DNA of 64,000 bases from Candidatus Calescibacterium sp. (lineage in GTDB: Bacteria; Calescibacteriota; Calescibacteriia; Calescibacteriales; Calescibacteriaceae). The notes beneath the pieces are model-generated. The model was not told where the DNA came from. It ran no database searches and saw only the letters and a program-made list of their open reading frames with translations. Of the stretch, positions 18,898 to 29,179 are shown one piece after another. The DNA is taken from positions 80 to 64,079 of the forward strand of contig JAVVGL010000009.1 in assembly GCA_032249135.1 (NCBI GenBank), in the 5' to 3' direction. Both the position numbers and the translations under genes were made by a program. Within the stretch, counting starts at the first letter, position 1; each line of letters begins with the position of its first letter.

Positions 18898-20563
18898 AAA
18901 AAAATTTCATTTTTTATCCTTAATTCTATCTTTCTTCTGGTTTTTATTTTTTTGGATTTTTCCAACTTTAACTTTTGCTCAATCTATTTCATGCACAAGC
19001 TGTGAAGGTGAGTGGTGTTCATCTTCAAGTCAGGTTGGAGTTATTATAAAAGATGGAGTTATGACAAAAAATTACTCATCCCAAGTTTCTTTTTTCTGCC
19101 AGAGTTGCACTGGGTACACTCTACGCGTGGCATTTGACGACGGATATGGTAAAAAGTATATAAGAGAAGAAGGCGCACAAGATGGTGGAAAATCTTTAAA
19201 TTTTGATTTTCAGGCTCTAAACCCGGCAGATGGGAAAATTTTACTTTCCTTTGAACTTTCAGCTACTGGGCAAACTGGCTTTCAAATCGTGAACTCTTTC
19301 AGTTGCTCTCTCATTTTTGACGATTTCCCGAAAAAAGTAAGTAATGTTAGAGCTTTTGGAAAAGACAAAAGTTTTGTTGTTCAGTGGGATAAACTAAAAG
19401 ATAGAGATATTCAAAACTATATAGTTTATGTTGGTGTTTATCCTTCGGCTTGCTCTTCCGTCTCCATATCGGTTGGACCTGATTCTGATTCAGTTGAGAT
19501 AAATAAAATCGGCGATCAAGATGTACAAAACGGAGTCAAATATTGTGGTTTTGTTGAAGCTGTGGATTTTGGAGGTAAAAAATCCGAACCCTCTGACCAA
19601 TTTCAAGTCATACCTTATAGGTCTTTTGAGTTTGGGCGAAGCGGTCCTCCTGAGGAAAATGTAGGTTGCATTATAGCATATATTTTTGGTGCAAATTCTC
19701 AAATCACAAATTTTTTCAGAGGAATAAAAAACTTGCTTTACAAGCTAAAACTCAAATCTCTCATTAGCCTATATTACAGAATCTCACAGAAAATAATAGA
19801 TTTTTGGCAAAAGATAAAGCTTTCACAAAATATAAAGCACATAAGTTTTATATCTCAGGTCTTTGCCGATGAATTATTAGAAGAGGGAAATCAAAATAAC
19901 AATAACAATAACAATAACCAGAATTTATCTGGAAATAAGTTTCATTTTGGGTTGAGTTTTTTCAATTTAAAAAAAGCTGGCGTTGTAAATGGGCAGAGTA
20001 TTTTTGAATTGGCATACGGAAAAAATATTTTCTCGCTTGATTTGGAATATGGAAAAAGAATTTTCAAATTAGTTCCAACTTTTATCACTTTCAGGTTCTC
20101 TCCAACATATATTAGGGGAAAGAGAGTTGTTCTTGATGAAACCAAAGGAATACTCGTAAGTTCAGGAGAAAATTACTCTTCTATGATTTTTTCTTCTTCT
20201 GGATTAGGTTTTCAGGTGCTCGGAAGTTTTGTCCCAGAGCAGATACTTGTTCCGTTTTTAGGTGTAAGAGGCATAATAGATAATTTCCTTGAATACTATG
20301 ACATAGGTGGGAGCAAATTTGGTACTGTTTTTGGTGGGGGATTAGAAGGCGGACTCTTATTTATTCTTGATATGTTTGACAGAAGATCAGAAGCCATTTT
20401 AAAATCAGAATACGGGGTTGAAGATACTTATTTATTTTTGAAAGTAGAGTTTATATCAGCAAATATTGTGAGGAAAGCAGGAGCTTTTTTTTCTCCAATA
20501 AAATCAAACTATTTTGATTTCTCAACCAGAGTTTTTTCAGCTGGTATTTCCCTATTCTTCTGA
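18884..20563 (+). CDS. Secreted protein of unknown function. It has a Cys-rich N-terminal region, an FN3-like segment, a poly-Asn linker and a beta-rich C-terminal half ending in Phe (OMP-like).
   Basis: Signal peptide ...FPTLTFA/QS. VSNVRAFGKDKSFVVQWDKLKDRDIQNYIVYVG is FN3-like. NQNNNNNNNNQN linker. C-terminus ...FSAGISLFF. Overlaps the HD-GYP stop by 14 nt. Confidence 0.55.
   Translation: MELNRKKFHFLSLILSFFWFLFFWIFPTLTFAQSISCTSCEGEWCSSSSQVGVIIKDGVMTKNYSSQVSFFCQSCTGYTLRVAFDDGYGKKYIREEGAQDGGKSLNFDFQALNPADGKILLSFELSATGQTGFQIVNSFSCSLIFDDFPKKVSNVRAFGKDKSFVVQWDKLKDRDIQNYIVYVGVYPSACSSVSISVGPDSDSVEINKIGDQDVQNGVKYCGFVEAVDFGGKKSEPSDQFQVIPYRSFEFGRSGPPEENVGCIIAYIFGANSQITNFFRGIKNLLYKLKLKSLISLYYRISQKIIDFWQKIKLSQNIKHISFISQVFADELLEEGNQNNNNNNNNQNLSGNKFHFGLSFFNLKKAGVVNGQSIFELAYGKNIFSLDLEYGKRIFKLVPTFITFRFSPTYIRGKRVVLDETKGILVSSGENYSSMIFSSSGLGFQVLGSFVPEQILVPFLGVRGIIDNFLEYYDIGGSKFGTVFGGGLEGGLLFILDMFDRRSEAILKSEYGVEDTYLFLKVEFISANIVRKAGAFFSPIKSNYFDFSTRVFSAGISLFF
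19895..19918 (+). repeat. (AATAAC)x4 microsatellite encoding poly-Asn
   Basis: Read directly from the sequence inside ORF 18884-20563. Confidence 0.9.
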
Positions 20564-20674
20564 TTCTGAAACCGAAAATCTATAATTTTTCTTTTTTCTT
20601 TCTTATTTATTTCTTTTTTTGTTTTCCTTTTTTACTTTTTTACCTTTGTCTTTTTTTGCCTTTTTTGGTTGTGT

Positions 20675-21907
20675 TTAATCTACTTTTATTTGAATCATCT
20701 TTCTATTTTGCATCGTCGGAGTAAGTTTTAGGTTTCTTTTTGATAGTTCATCTTGTAAAGAAAAGATTATTTCGTCTGATTTGCCTTTATACCACACTCT
20801 AAAAGTCATGAAATTTTTTGATGCTACTTCTCTTTTGTAGTCTGCTGAAATATTTTTTATTGCGGATGTTATATCTGCTTGCCTTTGGAGGTTCTCAAAA
20901 TTTCCATAAACGAAAATAAGAAACTGCTTACCTTTTTTGATGTCAGATTTCCAGTAGTCCATAATTTGAGTTATTAGTTTATCTGCTGCATCTCTTATAG
21001 CCTCTGAAAGTGTAACTCTATCTTTTCCAGGACCTGCAATAACCTCCTTTGAAAACCCAGTTGATGAACCTATCAATCTACCTGTTGTTGTTTCAAATGC
21101 TTTAAGTGATGCAGCTGCTTTTGTTGTTCTATCTTTACCAACTTGTCCTTCTTCAAATTTCCCCTCAACGACCACATATATATCTGCTCCCACCGATAGA
21201 GCTATTTTTGCGGCTGGATCTTGTGGTAATCCTTCTATTATTCCTATTTGCTCTGCCATCTGATAAAGTTTATCTATTGTGTCAGGATTAAGAACCTCAA
21301 ATTTTTTTGCTGTAAAATATGAATTGACCTCATTCACGCCAAACTCTACCCATCCTTGATTTTTGACTTTTTCATCTGGAATAACGACAATTGATGGATT
21401 TTCAAGAATCTCTATTATTTCTTCTCTTTTCTGTATAAGTCCTGCTGCTACTAAATCATCTTCAAGGAGTTTTTTTCTGACAATTACCTTCATTTCTACA
21501 TTTATTCTGCCGTCTGGGGTTCTTGTTCTTTTTATTCCTCCCTCTTGTCTGACATATTTATCTGGATTTGAGAATATTTTTACTTTATTTGCTTCTATTT
21601 TTCTTTTTTCTTCATCAGTTTGAGCCAGAGTATTTATTACAGCCCACATGGCGTTCATTTTTGCCTCCACTATTGCTCCCTCAACATGATCCCAAGTTCC
21701 TCTTGCTATAACTTCTGTATTTTCTGGGTCAAGCGAAGTGATTATTTGAGCATCAAAGGTTTGAGGATATTGTGGAAATTTTTTTGCGCACGCTGTAAAA
21801 ATTGATGTGCCCAAAAATAATAACCCCAAAACAAAGTCCATTCTTTTTATTGCTGTCGCTATTTCTCTGTTTTTTCCATTCACTATCTTCATAATAATAT
21901 TTTTCAT
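20675..21907 (-). CDS. Lipoprotein of unknown function
   Basis: LGLLFLGTSIFTAC lipobox after a basic N-region. A strong AAGGAGG sits upstream of the ATG. No family recognised with confidence. Confidence 0.55.
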   Translation of the reverse strand: MKNIIMKIVNGKNREIATAIKRMDFVLGLLFLGTSIFTACAKKFPQYPQTFDAQIITSLDPENTEVIARGTWDHVEGAIVEAKMNAMWAVINTLAQTDEEKRKIEANKVKIFSNPDKYVRQEGGIKRTRTPDGRINVEMKVIVRKKLLEDDLVAAGLIQKREEIIEILENPSIVVIPDEKVKNQGWVEFGVNEVNSYFTAKKFEVLNPDTIDKLYQMAEQIGIIEGLPQDPAAKIALSVGADIYVVVEGKFEEGQVGKDRTTKAAASLKAFETTTGRLIGSSTGFSKEVIAGPGKDRVTLSEAIRDAADKLITQIMDYWKSDIKKGKQFLIFVYGNFENLQRQADITSAIKNISADYKREVASKNFMTFRVWYKGKSDEIIFSLQDELSKRNLKLTPTMQNRKMIQIKVD

Positions 21908-21937
21908 ATTTTATCACCTCCTTTTTTTATATTAAAT

Positions 21938-22909
21938 TTATCCTATTGAATTTTCTGGCATGAAAAATAAAGATTCTTTTATTTTTTCTGCCAAAAACAC
22001 AGATTTTATAGCTTCATCTAATAGAGAGTTATTCACTTCTTCTTTCAGTACTGCAGATATAAATGAATCAACTTCTTTTTTCATCGGGTCTGAGTTTTCA
22101 AATTGTTTTATTATTGCTCTTACATTATATTTCCCGTTTTCTTTTTCTCTCATATATATTTCTGTTTTCTTTTCAAGAAAATCAATTGAAATGTAAGATC
22201 CAATTTGGAAAACTCTCATCTTCCTAAACCTTCTGTACGCTACTCGTGAGGCTGTAAGTTCTACTATACAACCTTTTGAAAATTTTATCCTTGCCATAGC
22301 TATGTCTGGCTTATCTGTAATCACAGGTATTCCAAGACTTTCTATTGAATTGATTTTTATATCTTCTACCAATCCTACTACTGCGTCTATATCGTGAATC
22401 ATGATGTCAAATATAACATCTGTGTCCAAGTTTCTTCCGGGAAATAAGCTCAATCTTTCAGCTCTTATGTATCCGGGGAGTTTTACGAATTGCTTTGCGA
22501 ATGTATAAGCTTCGTTAAATCTTTCAACATGTCCAACTTGGACTACTACTCCTTTTCTTTCTGCAATATATTTTATTTCTTCTGCTTGGTCATACCTTGT
22601 GCATAGAGGTTTTTCTACAAACGCGTGCTTCCCTTTCTCTATTACTTTTTTTAGAATTTCATAGTGAGTTTTCGCAGGAGAGGCTATGAATACTGCATCC
22701 ACTTCATCTAATATTTCCTCAAAATTAGTTGAAGATTTTATTTCATTGCGAATTCCTATCTTTGAGAGTAGGTCCTTTGCTATTTCTATTTGATTCTCAT
22801 CTATATCTGAAATTCCTGAGATTTTTGCAGATGGGTTTTCTGCGAGCTTTTCTAAATGTATCTTCCCTATAAATCCCAGACCTATTACGCCTACCCTTAC
22901 CTGCGACAT
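21938..22909 (-). CDS. Gfo/Idh/MocA family oxidoreductase
   Basis: VRVGVIGLGFIGKIH Rossmann motif, the EKP motif (AFVEKPL) and the family-typical C-terminal domain. Confidence 0.85.
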   Translation of the reverse strand: MSQVRVGVIGLGFIGKIHLEKLAENPSAKISGISDIDENQIEIAKDLLSKIGIRNEIKSSTNFEEILDEVDAVFIASPAKTHYEILKKVIEKGKHAFVEKPLCTRYDQAEEIKYIAERKGVVVQVGHVERFNEAYTFAKQFVKLPGYIRAERLSLFPGRNLDTDVIFDIMIHDIDAVVGLVEDIKINSIESLGIPVITDKPDIAMARIKFSKGCIVELTASRVAYRRFRKMRVFQIGSYISIDFLEKKTEIYMREKENGKYNVRAIIKQFENSDPMKKEVDSFISAVLKEEVNNSLLDEAIKSVFLAEKIKESLFFMPENSIG

Positions 22910-23043
22910 TAAACTTAAACTTTTTTCAAAAAATATTAATTTTCACTTTTGCAAACTTTTTTTATCTGTAAAGATAGAAGTAAATAACAAAGAAAAATTG
23001 AAAAAATTGTATGGATTTTAAAATTTAAAATTTTCTTTATATT

Positions 23044-24684
23044 GTGTTTGAGTTTGAAGAATTTCCTCAAATAAGATCAAGAATAAGGAAAGAAACAGAA
23101 GAGTTCAAGGAGTTCTATTCAAAAAACAAAAGTACATGTGAATTTTACAAGAACTTGATAGAAGAAGTAAAGAATAAAAGGGATGAGAATGCCGTAAAGC
23201 TTCACAGAGAAAGAGGAAAACTTTTAGCGAGAGAAAGAGTGTATAAACTCGTTGATAATGGGGAGTTTTTTGAGCTTTCTCCACTTGCAGCTTACGGAAT
23301 GTACGAAAACCAAGCCCCTCAGGCTGGAATAATAACAGGAATAGGAAAAGTTTGTGGAAACTATGTGGTTATAGTTGCGAACGATGCAACAGTAAAAGGT
23401 GGGACATATTTTCCTGAAACTGTCAAAAAACATCTCCGTGCTCAGGAGATAGCGGAACAGAACCGTATTCCAGCTATATATCTTGTAGATTCAGGGGGAG
23501 CTTTCTTGCCGTTGCAATCCGAGGTTTTCCCTGATAAAGACGATTTTGGGAGAATTTTTTTCAATCAGGCGAGAATGAGTGCCAAAAGAATCCCTCAGAT
23601 ATCAGCAGTTATGGGAATGTGTACAGCAGGCGGAGCATATGTGCCAGCTATGAGCGACGAATGTGTGATAGTCAAAGGAGTGGGAACAATATATCTCGGG
23701 GGACCTCCGCTTGTCAAAGCCTCAACCGGTGAGGATGTTACGGAGGAAGAACTTGGCGGAGCTGTTATGCACGCAAGAGTTTCAGGTGTTGTAGATCATC
23801 TTGCAGAAAACGATGAAGAAGCTATAAAAATATTGAGGAGGATTGTATCTACATTAGGGAATTTTTCTAATCCGAAAAAAATAAGGGAAAGGGTAGGAGC
23901 TTTGGAAAAGTGGGAGGAACCACTTTATCCACCTGATGAAGTTCTTGGGATAATCCCGCCTGATCTACGCAGACCATTTGATATGAGAGAGGTGATAGCG
24001 AGGATTGTTGATGGTTCTCGGTTCTTGGAATTTAAAAAAGATTACGGACAAACTCTTGTGTGTGGTTTTGCGAGAATAAAAGGAATTCTTACTGGTATAA
24101 TAGCTAATAACGGGGTTCTTTTTTCTGAATCTGCGTTAAAAGGTGCGCATTTTATAGAGCTTTGCAATCAGAGGAGAATACCAATTATATTTTTGCAGAA
24201 CATAGCCGGGTTTATGGTCGGCAAAAAATATGAGGAGGGTGGGATAGTGAAACACGGAGCAAAGATGGTTCAAGCAGTCTCAACGGCGTCTGTTCCGAAA
24301 ATAACCGTCATAATAGGTGGGTCGCATGGAGCTGGAAACTATGCTATGGCTGGTAGAGCCTATGAACCGAGATTTTTATTTATGTGGCCAACGGGTAGAA
24401 TCTCGGTTATGGGTGCAAAGCAAGCTGCTTTGGTTCTTGTAACTATAAAGAAAAATCAGCTCAAAAGGTACGGAAAAGAGCTTTCAAAAGACGAGGAGGA
24501 GAAAATTTATAAAGAAGTTTATGAAAAATATGAAGCGGAAGGAAACCCGTTATATTCAACTTCTCGTTTGTGGGATGATGGAATAATATTCCCTGAAAAC
24601 ACACGGGATGTCCTTGCTCTTTGCCTCGAAGTTTCTCTGAACTCTGTAGATGATCAAATAAATTATCCAGTTTTCAGGATGTAG
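23044..24684 (+). CDS. Acyl-CoA carboxylase carboxyltransferase subunit (methylcrotonoyl-CoA carboxylase beta-like)
   Basis: [61 protein letters not shown] start. No biotin carboxylase or BCCP gene is adjacent. Confidence 0.85.
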   Translation: MFEFEEFPQIRSRIRKETEEFKEFYSKNKSTCEFYKNLIEEVKNKRDENAVKLHRERGKLLARERVYKLVDNGEFFELSPLAAYGMYENQAPQAGIITGIGKVCGNYVVIVANDATVKGGTYFPETVKKHLRAQEIAEQNRIPAIYLVDSGGAFLPLQSEVFPDKDDFGRIFFNQARMSAKRIPQISAVMGMCTAGGAYVPAMSDECVIVKGVGTIYLGGPPLVKASTGEDVTEEELGGAVMHARVSGVVDHLAENDEEAIKILRRIVSTLGNFSNPKKIRERVGALEKWEEPLYPPDEVLGIIPPDLRRPFDMREVIARIVDGSRFLEFKKDYGQTLVCGFARIKGILTGIIANNGVLFSESALKGAHFIELCNQRRIPIIFLQNIAGFMVGKKYEEGGIVKHGAKMVQAVSTASVPKITVIIGGSHGAGNYAMAGRAYEPRFLFMWPTGRISVMGAKQAALVLVTIKKNQLKRYGKELSKDEEEKIYKEVYEKYEAEGNPLYSTSRLWDDGIIFPENTRDVLALCLEVSLNSVDDQINYPVFRM

Positions 24685-24800
24685 AACCAGATTTTCAGGA
24701 TTTGAGATGAAAAATCTTTTGGAGAAATACGCTGATTCAAATGTGCAGAAGCATTTTTATGCATATGTTTTTTCAAATAGAAACAGATTAAAATAAATTT

Positions 24801-25586
24801 ATGAGAAAAAAAAATTGAAGAAATAATAAAAGATCTTCCGGAGAACATAAGAGAACCAATATATGAAGCATTAGTGTCTTTCAGGGCGGATATACTCCTC
24901 AAAGAAACGAGGGAAATAAAAGAAGGAATAAGTAAGGTATGGGGGGCGATAGATGAACTTACAAGGAGAGTAAAGGAGCTTGTGGAGACTCGAAGAAGAA
25001 CAGAACATGAGATAGAGAAGATATGGGGTGTGATAAAGGAGCTAGCTGAGGCTCAAAAAAGAACTGAAGAAAGACTTGAATCATTCAAAAAGACTACGGA
25101 GGAGAATTTCAATAAAGTTTGGAATGCCATAAGGGAACTCACGGAGGCTCAAAAAAGAACTGAGGAGAGATTAAATAATCTTATAGAGGAGCACAGAAAA
25201 ACAAGAGAAAAACTTGAAGGACTCTCAGACTCTTTTGGATATTTCCTTGAAGATAGAGCTATAAAATCTCTCCCGAAAATCCTAAAAGAAAATTATGACA
25301 TTGAAGTTGTTGGAAATCTCAAAAGAGATTACTTTATTATAAACAGAGAACACATTGAAGTAAATATTTTTGGAAAAGTAAAGAAAGGTGATGAAGAATA
25401 TACTCTTTTAGGTGAGGCAAAAAGTAGAGTTTCAAAAAAAGAAATTGACAAGTTTATAAGAAAATGTAAGAAAATTTCAAAAGAAGCAATAAAAATTCTC
25501 ATCTCCTATGTTTTCTCTCTGAAATAAAAAAATATGCACATGAGAAAGGAATAATACTTATTCATTCTTACGAGCTTGAATTTTAA
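24801..25586 (+). pseudogene. Coiled-coil plus PD-(D/E)XK-like protein (DUF3782-type, tentative) interrupted by two frameshifts. The central intact ORF is 24874-25527.
   Basis: The ATG at 24801 is followed by an A9 run. Removing one A joins MRKK to IEEIIKDLPENIREPIYEALVSFRADILL.... At the 3' end, frame 0 continues as LSEIKKYAHEKGIILIHSYELEF* to 25586. Internal repeats AQKRTEERL occur twice. LLGEAKSR motif present. Confidence 0.5.
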
Positions 25587-25697
25587 TGGAAAATTGACTT
25601 TTATATTTCTTAACTCTTTCTTACTTATTTTTTTTCTTTTTTCTTTTTTCTTTCTTTTTTTTAACTTTAAATTATTTTATATTGGAGGATTTTTATT

Positions 25698-27836
25698 ATG
25701 AGGTTTGGAATGAAGTTTGAAGGAGAAGACTTTGAGGTCCAAATTGGTGAGGTTGCAATACACGCAGATGGAGCTGCTTTATTAAGATACGGGGATACAG
25801 TTGTACTTTCAACTGTTGTTTCTTCAAAAAAGAATGTTGCAGGAATTGATTTTTTACCTCTGACGGTTGAGTTCAGAGAAAAATCTTATGCTGTTGGGGA
25901 GATACCGGGTGGATTTTATAAAAGAGAAGGCAAACCAAACGAGAGAGAAATTCTTTCTTCTCGTCTAATAGATAGGTCGGTTCGCCCGCTTTTTGCATCG
26001 GGATATGTTGAGGATACGCAAGTTATATCCTATGCTCTTTCTGCTGATAAAGAGCACGAGCCAGATGTTGCCGCAATAAATGCTACTGCTATTGCTCTTT
26101 TGATATCAGATATACCCTTTTTTATCCCCGTTGCAGCGGTGAAAGTTGGGATGAAAGATGGGAAATTTATCATAAATCCAAAGCGGGAGGAAGAAAAGCA
26201 GGAGCTTGAACTTGTTGTTGCTGGAACAGAAACAGGAATAGTTATGGTTGAGGGCAGAGCTAATTTTATACCAGAGGAAAAATTCATAGATGCTATATAT
26301 TTTGCTCACAAATATATAAGAAAACTCATAGATTTTCAGAAAAAAATAGCTGGGATTTTTGGCAAGCCGAAAAGAGAGTATAAACCCATAACATATTCCG
26401 AAGAAGTCATAGAAAAAATAGCAAATAAAATAGATATAAAAGACATAGTTCTTGAACCCTCAAAATATCAAAGGAGATTAAAGGAAGTAGCTACACTTGA
26501 AAGTCTAAAAAAAGAACTTGATTATTTTGTCCCACCATCTGATAGGTTCTCTGACGAGGAACGTTTTTCCATTCTCTCTCAATCATTCTTTGAGCTTCAA
26601 AGACGCTTTATAAGAAAAATGATACTTGAAGAAAAAAAGAGAATAGATGGGAGAGGACCCGATGACATAAGAGAAATAGAGATAAAACTTGGAGTTTTAC
26701 CTCGGGCACATGGATCAGCAATTTTCAGAAGAGGAGAGACGCAGGCTCTTGTATCAGCGACTTTGGGTACTCCACGAGATGTCCAGCTTGTTGAATACTT
26801 TGGCGTTGAAGGTGAGAAAAAAAGGTTTATGCTGCATTATAATTTCCCTCCATTCTCATCTGGTGAGGTGAAACCTATAAAGGGACCTTCAAGAAGGGAA
26901 ATAGGGCACGGATATCTTGCCGAAAAAGCTCTCGCGCCGCTAATTCCACCCGAAGATAAATTCCCTTACACAATAAGGGTTGTTTCTGATATACTGTCTT
27001 CTAACGGATCAACTTCTATGGCTTCTGTATGTGGTGGAAGTCTTGCTTTGTTTGATGCTGGTGTTCCTGTTCCTTTCCATGTTGCGGGTGTTGCTATGGG
27101 AGTTATAAAAGAAGGAGAGGAGTATGAAGTTATAACGGATATTTTAGGTGATGAAGACCATATTGGAGATATGGATTTCAAGCTTGCAGGTTCAAGAGAA
27201 GGAATAAGCGCAGTTCAGATGGACCTGAAAACTTTTGGTCTTTCTTTTGAAATAATAAAAGATGCTGTAATGAGAGCAAAAAGAGCGAGAGAGAAAATCC
27301 TTGATATAATGTATAATGAGATTTCAACTCCAAAACACCTTTCCCCATATGCTCCAAGATTTTCTAAACTCAAAATAGACACTGATAAAATAGCAGCTCT
27401 TATAGGTCCGGCGGGTAGAAATATAAAGCAAATTGTTGATATTACGAAAGCAGATATAGAAATAGAACAGGATGGTACTATTAAAATTTTTGCCCAAGAT
27501 GAGCGAAGTTTAAACCAAGCTATTGAGCTTATTAACTACTACACAAGTGATATAGAAGAAGGGAAAATATACAAAGCTAAGGTAAAGCGGATTTTGCCAA
27601 ATGGAGCCCTTGTTCAGCTTTTACCATCTTATCAGTACGCATTTATGCATATATCCCAAGTTGATGTAAAAAGGATAAGTCGTGTTGTTGATGCTGTAAA
27701 ACCTAATGAGGAAATAGAGGTCAAAGTTATAAAAATTGAGGAGGATGGTAGAATTTTGGTTTCAAGGAAGGAAGCTATTATTGAAGCGCAAGAGAAACAA
27801 AAAATTGCCGGTATGAAAAAGGGCAAAAGATTTTAA
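25698..27836 (+). CDS. pnp: Polyribonucleotide nucleotidyltransferase (PNPase)
   Basis: Two RNase PH domains, a KH domain (IGPAGRNIKQI) and an S1 domain (GKIYKAKVKRILPNGALVQL). Confidence 0.95.
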   Translation: MRFGMKFEGEDFEVQIGEVAIHADGAALLRYGDTVVLSTVVSSKKNVAGIDFLPLTVEFREKSYAVGEIPGGFYKREGKPNEREILSSRLIDRSVRPLFASGYVEDTQVISYALSADKEHEPDVAAINATAIALLISDIPFFIPVAAVKVGMKDGKFIINPKREEEKQELELVVAGTETGIVMVEGRANFIPEEKFIDAIYFAHKYIRKLIDFQKKIAGIFGKPKREYKPITYSEEVIEKIANKIDIKDIVLEPSKYQRRLKEVATLESLKKELDYFVPPSDRFSDEERFSILSQSFFELQRRFIRKMILEEKKRIDGRGPDDIREIEIKLGVLPRAHGSAIFRRGETQALVSATLGTPRDVQLVEYFGVEGEKKRFMLHYNFPPFSSGEVKPIKGPSRREIGHGYLAEKALAPLIPPEDKFPYTIRVVSDILSSNGSTSMASVCGGSLALFDAGVPVPFHVAGVAMGVIKEGEEYEVITDILGDEDHIGDMDFKLAGSREGISAVQMDLKTFGLSFEIIKDAVMRAKRAREKILDIMYNEISTPKHLSPYAPRFSKLKIDTDKIAALIGPAGRNIKQIVDITKADIEIEQDGTIKIFAQDERSLNQAIELINYYTSDIEEGKIYKAKVKRILPNGALVQLLPSYQYAFMHISQVDVKRISRVVDAVKPNEEIEVKVIKIEEDGRILVSRKEAIIEAQEKQKIAGMKKGKRF

Positions 27837-27850
27837 CGATTTGTTGTTAA

Positions 27851-28006
27851 CTTCTTTAAGACCTTCCTGCTTTTCCTGTTTTAGCCCTTTTACAATCCCC
27901 TTCTGTTTTCTCTATTTTTATCCTTCTTTTAGCCCTTCCTCTTTTCCCCACTTGTAAAGGAAGGTTTTCTAATATCAACTTGTATTGGCATAGGTTTTAC
28001 CTTTAT
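27851..28006 (-). pseudogene. Degenerate partial copy of the middle or C-terminal part of the adjacent Rpn-like gene
   Basis: 27967-28006 matches 28256-28295 at 39 of 40 nt. Flanking sequence shows weaker similarity to 28185-28255. The minus-strand translation KVKPMPIQVDIRKPSF... contains stops. Confidence 0.55.
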
Positions 28007-28007
28007 C

Positions 28008-28913
28008 TTACTTATGGTTTCTGATTACTTTGACAAAATCATCCCATGTTTTTGCTTCTATTATTTTTCTCCTTATTTTTTTTAGGTGATTTAAATCCTC
28101 TACTTTTTCCAGAAGAGTTTTTACCTCTTTTACCTTTGATTTACCAAATTTGATTTGAACACCCAATAGAATTGCTTCTTTCAAACCCTCCTGTTTCCCT
28201 TTCTCAATTCCTCTCTTTTCTCCTTCTTTCTCTCCCCATTTATAAAGAAAGGTTTTTCTAATATCAACTTGTATTGGCATAGGCTTTACCTTTATTTCAA
28301 TATCAAATAATCCTGCTAAAAAGCTAATGCTATCTATATATTTTATGATTTTTTCTTCATTTTTCAAAATTTCTACAATTCTTTTTTTGACCTTTCTTAT
28401 TATCTTGGGTTTATCTTTGAATTTCCCAGCTAAAATCCCTAAAATAACTTCTGCGGGTTTTTCGCTTTTTATAAACACATCTGGATCTATTTTCTTCATA
28501 TCCAAAATTTTGTATTTTAAGGTTAGTTTAGGGGTTTTGTACTCTGATGGAGGGGGATTTCCTTTACCAACAAATAAAACTATTTGCGTAGGTTCTTTTT
28601 TATATTTTTCTACTATTGCATAGTAATAGCGGAACATCCTGTGTGGTAAAGTTTTATCTTGTTGAGCCTGTATTTCAACCTGGATTATCTCACCGTCAGC
28701 TTCAACTAAAATATCAGGACGAAAAGTTTTTACCAGCCTTATTTCTGCTGATATAACTTTTACTTTTTTACCTATTTTTTTACCGATAGCTAAGTAATAA
28801 ATCGCTCCTATTGATTCTGAGAAAATTTCTTTTAAAATCGCATCAAATTGTTTGAGCTCTTTTTTGTGATTATGTTCTCTTTTTTCTCCTTGATATCTTC
28901 TTTTCTTCTTCAT
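28008..28913 (-). CDS. Rpn-family recombination-promoting nuclease / putative transposase (PD-(D/E)XK), with a DUF4351-like C-terminus
   Basis: FDAILKEIF, RPDILVEADGEIIQVEIQAQQD, and a C-terminal WGEKEGEKRGIEKGKQEG...FGK segment. Confidence 0.7.
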   Translation of the reverse strand: MKKKRRYQGEKREHNHKKELKQFDAILKEIFSESIGAIYYLAIGKKIGKKVKVISAEIRLVKTFRPDILVEADGEIIQVEIQAQQDKTLPHRMFRYYYAIVEKYKKEPTQIVLFVGKGNPPPSEYKTPKLTLKYKILDMKKIDPDVFIKSEKPAEVILGILAGKFKDKPKIIRKVKKRIVEILKNEEKIIKYIDSISFLAGLFDIEIKVKPMPIQVDIRKTFLYKWGEKEGEKRGIEKGKQEGLKEAILLGVQIKFGKSKVKEVKTLLEKVEDLNHLKKIRRKIIEAKTWDDFVKVIRNHK

Positions 28914-29179
28914 TCATTCTTGTTTTGCGCTTTACTTATTTAGTACGGAAAAAGAATCGCTTACTATTTAATATTTTACTTTTTTGGCTTGGGAGGTTTA
29001 CATCATTCCATTTTACCTAATTTGATTTGTTTTTTAAATAACCAATTTGCATGGGCAGTTCCAAAAATTCCTTATTTGAAATTACGATGAAATTTTGAAA
29101 ATAGACATTTGAAAAGTGCCTAAACCTAAAAATTTCAAAAATTAGAAATTTTTTATCGTAAATTTATAATGTAAATTTT

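Noticed and set aside
28985-29065. Motifs shared with the 35.9-kb island (gcatgggcag, gcttggg(g/a), ggtttacat), suggesting a repeated element or MITE
   Set aside because: The matches are only 8-10 nt long, appear in a different order in the two places, and have no flanking inverted repeats. Matches of that length are expected by chance in 64 kb.
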